A stretch of 61,620 nt of DNA, the filler included, from Choristocarpus tenellus KU-1152 (lineage: Eukaryota > Protista > Phaeophyceae): the NCBI GenBank assembly GCA_964200185.2. It is 8 parts of 8 records of this genome, joined end to end, with 100 filler letters (N's around TTAATTAATTAA, not from the genome) between each part and the next. Parts side by side here need not be neighbours in the genome. Positions count along the whole stretch, not along the records: positions 1 to 23,282 come from CAXNAD020000253.1; positions 23,383 to 26,430 come from CAXNAD020022708.1; 6 more parts are not named here. One strand, 5' to 3'. The notes beneath the pieces were generated by a model. The model saw only the letters and a list, made by a program, of their open reading frames with translations, was not told the origin of the DNA and made no database searches. Shown here piece after piece: positions 11,245-23,464 of this stretch; position 1 is the first letter of the stretch, and every line of letters begins with the position of its first letter. The position numbers and the translations under genes were made by a program.

Positions 11245-14200
11245 ATGATGTCGCGATCCAACATTGCAAGGGCAAACTTTAAGAAGTACCAAGAGCTCAC
11301 AAACCCCTTGGTGAGTTTTCTTCTCCTGTTTCTTCGTTCCTGCCTCCTGTTTGATACCAACTGACACGGCTCATGCCCAGTCCTTACCATACGATCTTTT
11401 TTTTATCACTATTTTGTTGGCACTTTGTTCGTCCGACTGGAGACATCGCGAGGAGAAGCCATGTATAGCGAAGCTTCTTCTCTCGAGATACTTATCCTAT
11501 GCTTGCGACCGGATGGCACCTGTGTGCCGACCATAGGCCACCGTTGTACATCGTACTGCCCCCCTCTCTTCGTCATGCGACAGTAACTGGCTTATTTGTA
11601 GTAGAGTTACCCCCTCCCCCTCTCCCAAACTTTCATCCCACTAAGATTAAATGCAGCCATGGTTCTGTTTATTACTTTTTAAAAACGGTCTTTGGTTTTA
11701 GTATTGTCGCCTGAACCGTCTGAAGCGGCAAAATAGCCACCTCATACCCCCCTAGAGGAATGTAGTCCTGACACCACTCTTTATAGACCACCTTCAAATT
11801 GCTTGTATAATCTCACTATCTCCGTGGTAAACACGCTCCCCCCATCGGTAACATCGACATGTTAAGCAAACCGATACTCCCAAACATAGCGAGACGCAGC
11901 TGTTCCCCTCGAACAAGACCGCCAGTCATGATGAAAGTGGCGACGACGAGGAAGACCATTTTGGTCTCGGTGCCATCATGGCCAAAATGAATGGTGAGCA
12001 TAAGCCACGCACCAGTGAGACCTACGGGCGCGGTGTTTCTTCTGATGACTCGGATGGCGACGAGGAGGAAGACGACCCCTTCGGTCTTGGGGCCATCATC
12101 GCCAAGGAGAAAGCTCAGGAAGTTCAAGAGGCGAAGCCAGGGAGAGGAGCCGAGTCGGGAATTGTAGTAAAGGCTCTGACAGGGACTAAGCGCGACAGGG
12201 ATCAGTGCGAGGTAGGTGCAAGTGCCGCCGCCACAGCAATGGCAATCTTTGGTGGGGAAGAGGCTGGCAGTGGGCCGAAGGAGGCGTTTGTTTCTTCGAA
12301 AAGGTTCTTGGGGGCGCGGGCAGGTTATGTCTTCAAAAAGGGGGCTCTAGGTTTAGGATATTACCTTGACCGGCACGGTGGTGGAGGGGTCAGGAGTGCT
12401 CCCTCCTCAGGAAACAGATTGTTGTCGAGCAGGGGCAGGGGGCAGGATGAGAAGAGTGAGGGCAAGTGTGAGGGAGGAGAGAACAATGGTAGTGATGATG
12501 CTGGGAGAGCAGCGAAAAAGGTGAATCAATTGGAAAGTGAAAATGAGAAAAACACAAACTGTTCATGATACTTTGTTGAGAAATTAGGCTAACTGTAATA
12601 TTGATCATACCAGATCGACACAACCTGAGTACCAAGCCCTTAGGTTGAGTTTCAAAGGAAAAATAGTCAAATTATTGGTTGGAGACATCCTCCAGTAGAC
12701 AAGTTTGTGCCAACATTCTAATCCACTACCAAACATGACTTGGTGCATGACTATGTAGGCAAGGGAGCCAGTGGATGTGAAAGCAGCTGTGAAGAAGTTG
12801 GGGGCGTTCCTGATCAATCCGAAGAAAACAGCCAAGGCTGCCAGTCTTATGGCAGATCTTATGGAGGCTGAACTGCGTCCGGACAATGCCCCTATGTTTT
12901 TTAGGTGAGATTAACTCAATTTCTCCAAAAAACGAGTTCATGAATCTTGTGTATCACCTCAAGATTTACCACAAGATTAGCAATGAGAGGAAGTTGCCTC
13001 CCTTGACTTTTTTTCCTAGGTTGAATGGTGCAGTATATCATTTTTCCTACCGTCCATAAAATGACACATTGGGTGATGCCAAAAGTTATCCTTCAACCAT
13101 TTTTTTTTAACATTTGACCCAATTAGTATGTGGGGCTACATTGATACAAATGTGCAACTTGAAATATCCTTGCAAATATACTGTTTTGCCCTGGGAATGA
13201 AACCTTGTGCTGTGTTGGTCTTGTTTACAGCTTGTTTGCAGATAGCTCTTGTTAGTCAAAATGGACATACTGCAACAGACCTTGTTGCCATGGAAGAAAT
13301 TCCTTCTTGAGTCCCCAAATAAAAAATATACTACTCTGCGCCCCATGGCAGTGTAGTTGGTTGTCCTGCAGGCGAATCTGCATGGTAACATGAAAAAGCT
13401 TGACTATAGGACATGCTAAGTCATTCCTTAGTGATGTGTGAAAAGTACAATGGCTGAGGTTGGAAACTCACTGGGTGATCATGAGACCTTGAGGACCAAA
13501 GAACACCTACCACTTGAGAGGCTTTGTGCATATGGATGAGAAGTGGTTTTTCATCTGCAAGTATGGGCAGATGTACTATCTTATGCCATGATGATAAGGT
13601 GCCCCTGTCCGCAAGTGGCAGCAGAAGGGCACATCACCATTATCCTCAAAGAAAGCTATTTTTGTAACAATTTCAATTGATTCTATAATACCAAAGAGAG
13701 AAAGTAAGTTAATAATTTATATAGAATTCTTGGCTTCACTTCCCTACTTTTTCTGAGTGCCGAGAGATAATAGTATATCATCATAATGGCTGCTAACAGC
13801 TAGTAGCAAGCAGTATATACTCTTAAGAGAGAAATCTCAAGTGTAGTAGGCAGTACTCACTTGTGTGTGGCCTCTAGGATGTGAAATGTGAATCAACATC
13901 TATCTTTTCATCCCTTCCCCCCCCCCACATGCAAATACCACTACTTGGCTAAGATGCTCTGGTAAAACATGAAATTAGACTGTTGTCGGCAGGTGAACTA
14001 TTCATATTTAATAGCCCCGTGACAAGTGGATGGAAAGGAAGTGGGCAGAGGTGTCTGGATTGTATGACATACATAGCAATGGAAAGTACAGCTTTGACAA
14101 ACTGTTCACAACTTGGAGGGTCCAATAAGTTCATCACATACTTTACACACTCAGACAGTGATTCCCTGGTTAGTGTAAGGTTCCTTTCTGATGCCCTCAT

Positions 14201-17200
14201 GCACTGTGGGTTCTGTGCTATAGGCAGAGCCTGTTGGCAGTCCCTAGTGTCTGTATCAAGCTGTATTGTGGCTATTACTGGAAAACCTTTGCCATTGATA
14301 TTTGTGGGATTTGGACACACTGAGAAAAAGTAGCATAGGGACTTAGCACAAGTTGGATTGCACAAGTGTGATCCAAAGTATACTAGACAACATCTCAACA
14401 TAGTCCAACATTTCAAACTTCCCATTTTCCTGATACAGCTCCAATGTTGTGTCCAGTTCATCTTGATTTTGACACTTCAGTTGTGTCCTTGGCGTGAAGG
14501 TGTGCTTGTGCAAATTACCTTGGGAGGTAATGCTATTTGTTAGTAGTGAAGATAAGAAGGTGTCAAGCCTCACGACCGACCCCCTTTGATGAACGTGATT
14601 ACATGGTTGAAATTGGAAGAGTGACCTGTGTGTAGTCTCTTCTCATTGCTTGTTTATTAGTTATTTGTGCTTCCTATGTAAGTCAACAGTTATGTCAAAG
14701 TAGTTGAATACAGAATAAATACCAATAAATAATCCCATACATAATCTGGATGTACTATTTTATTAGTTACATCACATGGACTCAATTCAACACAATAACC
14801 TCATACACACAAAAGGTACACCTCACTATTGTCCTATTTTGCACAGTGCTGGCTGTGATGTACTTCAAGTTTGGAGTTGTGATACTCAAGGTGCAACTCT
14901 CTCTTTATTAAGCATGTTCGTCATTGACTATCTGAAACCAAGACCATGAAACAGATCAAAGTAGGAATACAGGCATCCAGCGTTTCATCCCTCACTCATC
15001 ACTGGCTGCATTGGACGCCAGGTGGTTCTGTGAGCCAAAGCCACCAACAACTTGTCAACCTCACTAGTCAAGACGCATGTAGATCATTTGTTAGGATGAG
15101 GGAGGGTGAAGAATGGGAACCTATACCTAACTTTATACCTTCTTCAGATTGAATACTGGATCATTTGTGGAGCATTAAACCCTGCCCTCATTCCAACATC
15201 CCTAATCTCCAACACTAATTCCCCAAACTTGCACCACATTGATGTTCAACTCAAGGGCATTGAGACCTTTGGCAGCAGACCCTAGTGGACCAGCGACTGT
15301 GACTGCAGGGTCGTCTGGAGCACGTGTGTTTAGGCTACTCCTGGAACATTCAGACTGGCTGCCAAGGGAGGCAGACAGAGTTTCGGCTGTGAGCTGGGAG
15401 TTGCTGTTTGGCCTGAGAGAAGAGGTATATTATAAATATAAATATAAATGATGTATGTGCCATGTAGTACAAATGTTTAAAAGTGACATGTTAGATGCAC
15501 AATGTATGGTTTGAATGCCAGTGTACGTTTCAGAGTAAGTGCTGTATTGCGACAATTTGATAGTTAACACTATGGAAGTGTTTACTCTGTCAAATGTTTT
15601 ATGTGTAGTAGGCAGTGAGGTAAAAGCAATTGAAAAGTGCAGGGGAGATTGTGTGTAAATTTCTTTGTTCTGTCGACCATTTTATACACTGCAATAAGAC
15701 CATCTTGTACACTGCAATAAGGCCATTTTATACACTGCAATAAGACCATCTTATACACTGCAATAAGACCATCTTGTACACTGCAATAAGGCCGTCTTGT
15801 ACACTGCAGTAAGACATCTTATACACTGCAATAAGATCATCTTATACACTGCAGTAAGAGCGTAGTGGCTTGGCCTTAGGAGTTTTCTGAAACTGTTGGT
15901 GTTTTGTGATTGATCTAGGCTATTGTGTGAATAAGGTAGACCGCCTAAAGTATACTCCGTTCTCTGCAACTCTCTTCCTGTTTTAATGTCTCTGTAAGAG
16001 GTGGCAGGTTGATGGTTCAGAGGGCTTTGCTAGAGAGTATACTATTTTTGATCTGTAGCCTTAAGGGTATAAGTATTTGTGGATTTTAAAGCAATTATTT
16101 TTTAATTCACTGTGGATTTGGAATTTGAGGTAGAGATCGGGGTTAGAGATTGGGGTTAGAGTCAAAGATGGGATGGGATGGTAAAGCAGAGCAATAGTAA
16201 TAAGCGTTAGAACTTGATTCATTGATTCATCGATTCATGGTACCTTAATTTAAACCCTGCCCATGTATAGAAAAGCACACATATGCGTCCAGTCCCTATC
16301 TCCTACAACTTTTCCCAGTGACCTTACAATTTTTTGTACTCCTTTGGATATGATACATACTTTATGCCATCAATTGTGATGGCCAGATGCGAACTGACGA
16401 CAGTTTTCAGTTTGCCAAGGCAAGCAAACGCTTGCGTCAGGTAATTGAGGCCCTTGGAGGTGTGGATGCCGGTGCAGCTGCTAGGGCAGAAGAAGAGGCT
16501 GCAGCAGCAGCAGGAGATGGGGAAGGGGGGAAGAGTACGGTATCTGAGACCCTTTCTTTGGAGCGAAAAAAAGCGGTTTTGGAGGTTATGGGGGAGGCGT
16601 TCAAGAGTTACCACTTGGCCTGGGCATGCCCATCCATTGAGGTTACATTCAAGGTGATGCAACAACCTCATCTGCAGTGCATTTGGGGGATGTTCTTGCT
16701 TGAGCTCGCGTTTGTTGAGCATCATCTTGTGAGGTTAAGTCTCTACAAGTAGCAGGTCATTTTGACTAGCATTTTTCATTTCTCCTTTGTTCTCACTGGG
16801 TGTCAGGGCTCTGTGGGGTTAGGACATTTAACATGCAAAGGTTAACCACACCATACTACTCCACACAGACATGCCCTTCTCTTGTTTGCAAGTACAAGCA
16901 CTAATGTTGTTTTTGTTGGGGCATGTGAAGTATATTTAAATGTGCACTAGTATATGCATTGTGCAGGCGTTTGCCTTGTTTCTGTGTTGTGTTTTATCTT
17001 TTGAATCTGTGGGTTGGTAACCTCACAAGGCAAGAATCCTCTTGCATGCTTTGTGATGGAATTTTCCTACTCTATTTACGTCAAGATTACAAAACTAGGT
17101 AAATGCCGATGTGGTATTTGGAGCCAGAACTGGGACAAGCAATGCAGTGTGCAAGTGCTGGAGGTTATTTGCCGGTGCTAAGCATTTTTTTTTAAATGTG

Positions 17201-18122
17201 TTGATGGCCTTTGTGGCCTTGAATTGTACCTACCTGCCATTGCACTACAAGTGTCATCACTGGCATGAATACCACAGTACAACACACTTTTATTGAGTTT
17301 GTTGCTACTCTAATAATGGTCTTTGTTGCACTCCCCCCCCATCCCTAATGTCAGAGGCCATTTCATTGGTGATATCTATCCTCCTCCAAGAGTGCCCCAC
17401 TGCAATCCCTACCAACCAAAGCATTACATTTGAGAAAAGAAACAAACATTGACTCCTCCACTTCCTGCCCAAACTTCCATTGTGTTTGGCACATGTATCT
17501 TCTGTCCACTTCTGTACCCCCTTAATTATGTATCTTCTTACAGGCTGCCGCTGATCGTCGACTTCTCTTCCCTGAGGGAGAGCTCCGAGATGCATTGGAT
17601 GCCTTCACCGATGCCATTCACAAGCGAAAGAGCAACCCTGGGGGATTGATGTCAGCCCCGGCAAGGAGGGTGAGAGCTGTTCATTTGGTGAACGTTATTT
17701 TGGTCTGGTTGTTTGGTTGTTTAGTTATTTGGTTGTCTTGAGGAATTCCTGCATACACCTAGTGTGTTCTGCTTGGCCCATCCTTGAGAGGAAGATTCAG
17801 ACGTCTGTGCATAAGAAAGGTGACCTTGCGCTTTTCTATTACTAGGCAAAGAGCAAGATTGCCCTGTTATGTGCATGTTGCTCTCAATACCGCACGCCTT
17901 TGTCCACCCACTGTTGATTGCTTTGGTTTTGTAAACACCCCCATCTCCTCTTCCTCTTTCTAGTATTTTTGTCTTCATATATATATATATATATATACAT
18001 ATGTTATCTGCATCTGCTTATCAATGCATTGTGTGTGTGTGGTGGTTGTACAGGTGCGAGCAGTGGAGAGCACAGCCCACCCACTGATGAACAGAAACAA
18101 AGCTTCAAGTGTGATTCGATGA
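11245..18122 (+). CDS. Conserved uncharacterised protein, 7 exons; C-terminal helical region recalls plant At3g04560/F7O18.3-like proteins
   Basis: Phase-consistent exons: 11245-11310, about 11867 (or 11900)-12520, 12759-12904 (VDVKAAVKKLGAFLINPKKTAKAASL), 15256-15424, 16387-16653 (MRTDDSFQFAK...YHLAWACPSIE), 17544-17669, 18054-18122 (TGA). The family name is from recalled motifs (NPKK, TDDSF), not a search. Confidence 0.8.
15676..15858. repeat. Intronic minisatellite, 23-bp unit ACCATCTTRTACACTGCAATAAG x8
   Basis: Read directly. Confidence 0.95.
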
Positions 18123-19444
18123 TAATAGAGGCTACAAAGGGCAGACTTGGTGGGGACTGTGCCAACTGCATGGTGTAGAATGTTTGGGTCAGTTGCCAGG
18201 TAGCTATCAATTCATTGATACACACTTGTGATTGTTGGTGAACGTGCCTCCTGCTTCACTGGACTTGAAAGTTTTCGGTAGCCATGCTCCATAGTACTAC
18301 AGATTGCTCAGAGTGCTATAGTCTATCATACCTCACTATGAGACACTAGGCTGGCAGGGGAAATGCCTACCATTGCAAGAGATTGAGTGAGATAATCAAT
18401 TTGTATGAGGGGCAGGGTGTACATAGAGTCCCTGGGAGTCTTTTGTTGAGGGGGTCAAGTGACTGCTGAGCTTAGTAAGTCGTGGGCCTGCTTGTTCACC
18501 TGTGAGAAAATGGATGTGACTATGTGAGAGACCTTGTTGGGTGTTATAGGAGGAGATGCTTGTAGTGGAAGAGGATGGCGTACATACTTTTTCATCTCCT
18601 TCCATAGAAGAGTGTCTCTACCAGTTTTTGTTCTTTTCAGTAGGGGTATTGAATACTAGGTCACTTGGAAAGTATGATCCATAACCACAATGCTTTATCC
18701 AGTCTAAATTAAACTCTGATTATTGTACTTTTAAAGTAGTGATCTAAGCATTTGCTGATGAATATCTGCCTCCCCCACCTGTTTTCTTGTCCTGTCCACC
18801 TCGTCCAACAGAGCTGTACAATACAAACAGATGTCTGTCACTCTACATTGGGAAGTATTTTGAAGTACATTTCTGAAACTGTTACAAAGCACTACTACAA
18901 CAATGGCAAGATTGAGGGGGTAAATATACCCTGCAACTGTATAGTCATATCAACTGTCAGTCATTGAAAGCATACTTGTGTACTTAACCAGAACAATGTT
19001 GGGGTTGTTTTGTCCTCATGTTTGTCACCAGGACAACATTCACCAGCCAGTGCTCGATATTGCTTCATGCATATGTTGTCCACACAGTGCTCTTGTCCAT
19101 AATCTATAGTTCGAAGTACATATGCCGTCTAGCACTAAGATTGTGTCGAACATCTGTTGTCAAGAGCAATGCTCGATGCCATTTGCCTTGCAACACCCTT
19201 AGTCCAAAAAATACCAGTGCACATTTGTGGTAGTGTTAATACTAGCACAACATCTGTTGTCGAAAACAATACTTGGAACTTTTTTTCCATTTTTTTCTGA
19301 CACACATTGGATTGATCTTTTAAAACAGAGAAAGTAATAGTGGAAGAGAAATGTGGCAACATAAAAAGAATAAATAAATGCAAACGTAATAATTCTAATT
19401 TGCTCTTTGATACCTATTGTCCACCAAACAATTGTGGTCGTTTG

Positions 19445-19594
19445 CTCTGTAACATTTGTTATCCAGGACAACACTCTGTAACATTTGTTATCCAGGACAA
19501 CACTCTGTAACATTTGTTATCCAGGACAACACTCTGTAACATTTGTTATCCAGGACAACACTCTATAACATTTGTTATCCAGGACAACACTCTG
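19445..19594. repeat. Minisatellite, 29-bp unit CTCTGTAACATTTGTTATCCAGGACAACA x5
   Basis: Read directly; near-identical units with no spacers. Confidence 0.95.
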
Positions 19595-21499
19595 CACCGT
19601 ATGCTCTATAAGCATCCTCTCTTAGAGGAGGTATGTTTGTGTAACATGCATTAGTTCGTCAAACACTGACTGAGCGCTTTTTGGTCTGTAACGTCTACCG
19701 TCCAACAAACACATAGGGACATTTGCTCTAGATGTGTTCATTATCCTGGAAAATATTAAGCTTGCGTTATGCGGGCATTGTGCCGTTCTGGTTGTGGTAT
19801 TATCCTGTCGACTTCTGTTGGCTGGTATTAATTATACCCTTAAAACTTACATCTCAAGCAACAGTAGTAGTTTTTACTGCTCCACACAAGGACTATACAA
19901 AGAGTTCTTACCATCATTATTTTTTGGTTTTATATCTGAAAAATTGGTAACATAAGATCAGGCTCAAGTTGGTGGTTGTAATGCAACAATAGAATCAGAC
20001 CCTAAATCCAGCTCTCAACCTATAAACAAATACGTTCATCATTGACACAATCAATAAACAATTCATTCCTCTCACAGAGGAGTTCATACATATATATATA
20101 TATATATACGTTAAGAAGGGTGATTGTCCAACCAACAAATATATTGTAAGCACACTCCAAGTCATTCAATAGAGGTTTCTTCATTGTTTTCCACTACATA
20201 GCACAACTTGGGGTTAAGTAGCATTATGCCATTCAGCTAACCTTTGGAGGCTATGACTGTATAAGAGACAACATCTATCCACTGTGGCGATTCGCTGCTC
20301 TAGTTTGGTCTGAAGTTGATGCATGGTGACATTTAATAGGAGATGGAAAACAAAACTCCAAGCCATTATATATGTATGATAAGAAATCTAAAAATATTGC
20401 ACCGAGTAGACAGCGATCTCAACAAAAGTTACCTCGATGCGTCCGATCCCTGTTATGAATATATACACCTGTCGCAAGGCTAACACATCACACGGATAGG
20501 CAACCACACTTCAGTAACTGCCCCGACAAGAAAGGTAGTCCCTGATTTGAGGTATAGTAACCCTCGGTGGAAATCTTTTCGGTTCTAACACATTTTGTAC
20601 CCAGTACTACCTGTAGTTGAAATGTTAGTCATTCACTGAGGTACTGAAGCCTCAACCTATGCAACAGGCCATGGCAAGGAAAATAACCTGCGGGAGGAGA
20701 CATGCTTGTCACACAAGTACCATAGCAAATAAACATAGATGCAAGGAGTACACAGTAGTGAGAGTCAAGGGTTGGAAAAGACCTTTAGTGGATGGAATGT
20801 AAGATCAAAAGATCGCCTTACTCAGAGCAGCCGGCAATCAATTATTCTACAAAGGGATCAAGGACGGTAATCCAACTTGGTTCCTTTGCTTTAAGGATTG
20901 TGTCAACAGGTCGGTGCATATATGACCCCAATCGCCCATCTATTTTTGTTATCTCAAGCTCTCAAAAGATGTCCTTATGCCTGGCCTTAGAGCACTAGAA
21001 ATGGTCTTGAAGGCTAATTGTGGACCTCGAACCTCCCTTTTGAATCCTCTCTGCGTTTCTAAGGTTCCCATTCTTCACACAAACCTAAGCAAATAGTACT
21101 TCTCATTGGTCAACTTGCACAAAATGAACAAATGCCAAACTGATGACTTCAACCCTCGGGTCTGACGTTTGTCCACGTTTGGGCAATTTCTTCTTCTGTC
21201 AGTCAGTTGGCTAGACTTTGCTTCTTATCTCCCTCGCTCCCATCCTCCATCCAGTTGGTCTTCCTCATCATCATCATCACATACACGAGAGCTTTTTGTA
21301 CCCGGTGCATGGATCACCAAGGTCTCTCTCTCGACCCAAAGCCTCCACAGACATCAGGCAGATTCATCCTGCAAGGATGTGTAATGATCGGTGTGATTTC
21401 TTAACGAATTTTGGGCTTGGAGACTCTCAGTACAGAAAGGTGAAAAAAGGTACAAACTCGCCTCTCTTCAGTTTTTTTTTTATCATTTTATCGAGCACT

Positions 21500-21760
21500 A
21501 TAAATCATATAAACGAACTGAACTGATTGAACTTCACTCTTACAACACTAAGGTTGACTTCTTCAAGATTGTAGCATACCTTCCGATGGATGATGGAAGA
21601 AGTGGCTTCAACGCCGTGGCGAGAAAGATTTTCATATTTTCCACGCTTGCCCAAACTAGTCCGCCGTATTTTGCCTATACCTGTTCCTCATCATCAGGTA
21701 GACTTGGAACAGATGTTCTCATCATTGAAGAACACTGCATTGCTGTTGGTAACTGTTCAT
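21500..21760 (+). pseudogene. Decayed hAT transposase C-terminal dimerisation-domain fragment
   Basis: PWRERFSYFPRLPKLVRRILPIPVPHHQVDLEQMFSSLKN resembles the hAT consensus WW-x5-(Y/F)P-x-L-xx-LARxxLxIPATSxxxERxFS; frameshifted upstream. Confidence 0.6.
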
Positions 21761-21800
21761 ATTCCCTTGTACTCTGGAATATGGACCTTCTATATTGTAT

Positions 21801-22024
21801 TAGTATTGGTGTACGATAATAATTGTTGTAGAACTGGTGCACGATAATAATTGTTGTAGAACTGGTGTACGATAATAATTGTTGTAGAACTGGTGCACGA
21901 TAATAATTGTTGTAGTATTGGTGTACGATAATAATTGTTGTAGAACTGGTGCACGATAATAATTGTTGTAGTATTGGTGTACGATAATAATTGTTGTAGT
22001 ATTGGTGCACGATAATAATTGTTC
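21801..22024. repeat. Minisatellite, 28-bp unit TAG(TAT/AAC)TGGTG(T/C)ACGATAATAATTGTTG x8
   Basis: Read directly. Confidence 0.95.
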
Positions 22025-22910
22025 TGAAAACGTCATCAATCACTCTTCAAAAGCCCGTCACCACATATTCTTCAGCTTTTCTCAAGAAAAATGTGGGCAA
22101 TAGTCTGTGTCAGATACAACAGGTGGCGGCACTTCTGGCAGCGGAAAAAAGAGCACAGACATGAGGGTAAAGACAAATTTCAAGGCCTCTGGGGGGGGGC
22201 CACACCAGTCGGAGGGCCTTCTGTAAGCTGTTCAGCACTGTCAATTGGATGAATTAATATAAAATTTTCCAATTCGAATTAACTTATAACAACAACAAAA
22301 AAACAAGGTGTTCCAGCTAATAAAACACTGAAAATTACTGCCACTACTCTATATGCGCACTTATTTGATACACTTGTAGGGAGTCCAGTGCTCTACTAAC
22401 AAACCAAAATACACTTTGTGTGTTGTGTATGGAAATAGTTTGCTTTCTCTTGGACTCAAGCATGCCCCTCTCTGCACATGTGACATACAGATTGCGACAC
22501 TTGTGCCCATTGTAAATTAGTTTACAACACTTTTATTGAGGCAATGGAAGCTGAGTAACTGGACAAAATCAGCAATTGCCACTGTGAAAAAACGTTGGCT
22601 GACTGGCTGGCTAGCTGGCACAACGGTGTAAGGGAATACAACATTGGGAGTACAAACCAGTCCAAAATTAATATCATAAATTATTTCTGTATAATATTTC
22701 CCCCTGAGTGGACTCACCCAACGTGTAACACACTGTTGTAAAAATATATACTTGAGATCTTCATCCTACAAAACAGATTATTTTAATTAATTGCAAAACC
22801 AAATACTCATGTTCGCAAGGTTGCAGCTAAAACAGCTGGCAAGTCTAGATAAGGAAGGCAACATGGTTAAGCATAAATGACACATCATCCAGGCTACCAC
22901 TCCTCCTCCT

Positions 22911-23176
22911 TTATCCTTTCATCATCCATCCTGCTGCCTGCTTCTCCACCTCCCCTACGGCCAAGATAAAACCTCCTCCCATTGCGAGAGCTGCCACCTC
23001 CAATGCCGGCTGGGCCAGTCCCCCTACACTACTGGGTATAGCAAGGACTGGTCTCAGAACAATCCCTGCAGCAAGGTGAAATGTTGCTCCAGCAGTGACT
23101 GCAAGGAGGCGAGTGGGAACTTGCCCCATGGCACTGGTAGCAAGCCCCATGGCCAACCCCACAAACACTCCTGCAG
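22911..23176 (-). CDS. Terminal exon of a probable ZIP-family metal transporter (5' part beyond the contig end)
   Basis: After a CAG acceptor there are three hydrophobic segments; LLAVTAGATFHLAAGIVLRPVL resembles ZIP TM7 (xTAGxFxYxAxxxxLPEL); ends in TAA. Confidence 0.5.
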
Positions 23177-23282
23177 CTGTAGTGTGTTGGATGTGGATAG
23201 CATGATGTTTGCTGCATGGCCAGGGGTTGGGGGGGGGGGGGGGGGGGAAAAACGTTTTTATGATCAAAGAACCCAAGGGAGG

Positions 23283-23382
23283 NNNNNNNNNNNNNNNNNN
23301 NNNNNNNNNNNNNNNNNNNNNNNNNNTTAATTAATTAANNNNNNNNNNNNNNNNNNNNNNNNNNNNNNNNNNNNNNNNNNNN
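23283..23382. other. Artificial contig linker (44N-TTAATTAATTAA-44N); also at 26431-26530, 36867-36966, 43811-43910, 48153-48252, 52937-53036, 58502-58601
   Basis: Identical 100-nt spacer with stops in all six frames, seen 7 times. Confidence 0.98.
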
Positions 23383-23462
23383 ACCAAAATCACCCAAAAA
23401 TCGCGACATAAAAAAAATGGCCCCAAATAGACAGCCGCTACCCCCCCCAGATACTTTGAGCC
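23383..23462 (+). mobile_element. MITE family B, right end; other right-end fragments at about 26531-26611, 36967-37005, 43911-44018
   Basis: Shared terminus poly-C-AGATACTTTGA(G/C)CC; compare the full copy at 44396-44675. Confidence 0.75.
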
Positions 23463-23464
23463 AA

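Noticed and set aside
19445-22024. 28-29 bp repeats of CRISPR-like length
   Set aside because: Units are directly adjacent with no unique spacers, there are no cas genes, and the context is eukaryotic.
23283-23382. Recurrent TTAATTAATTAA motif between N-runs
   Set aside because: Artificial concatenation linker; ORFs and gene neighbourhoods crossing it are artefacts.
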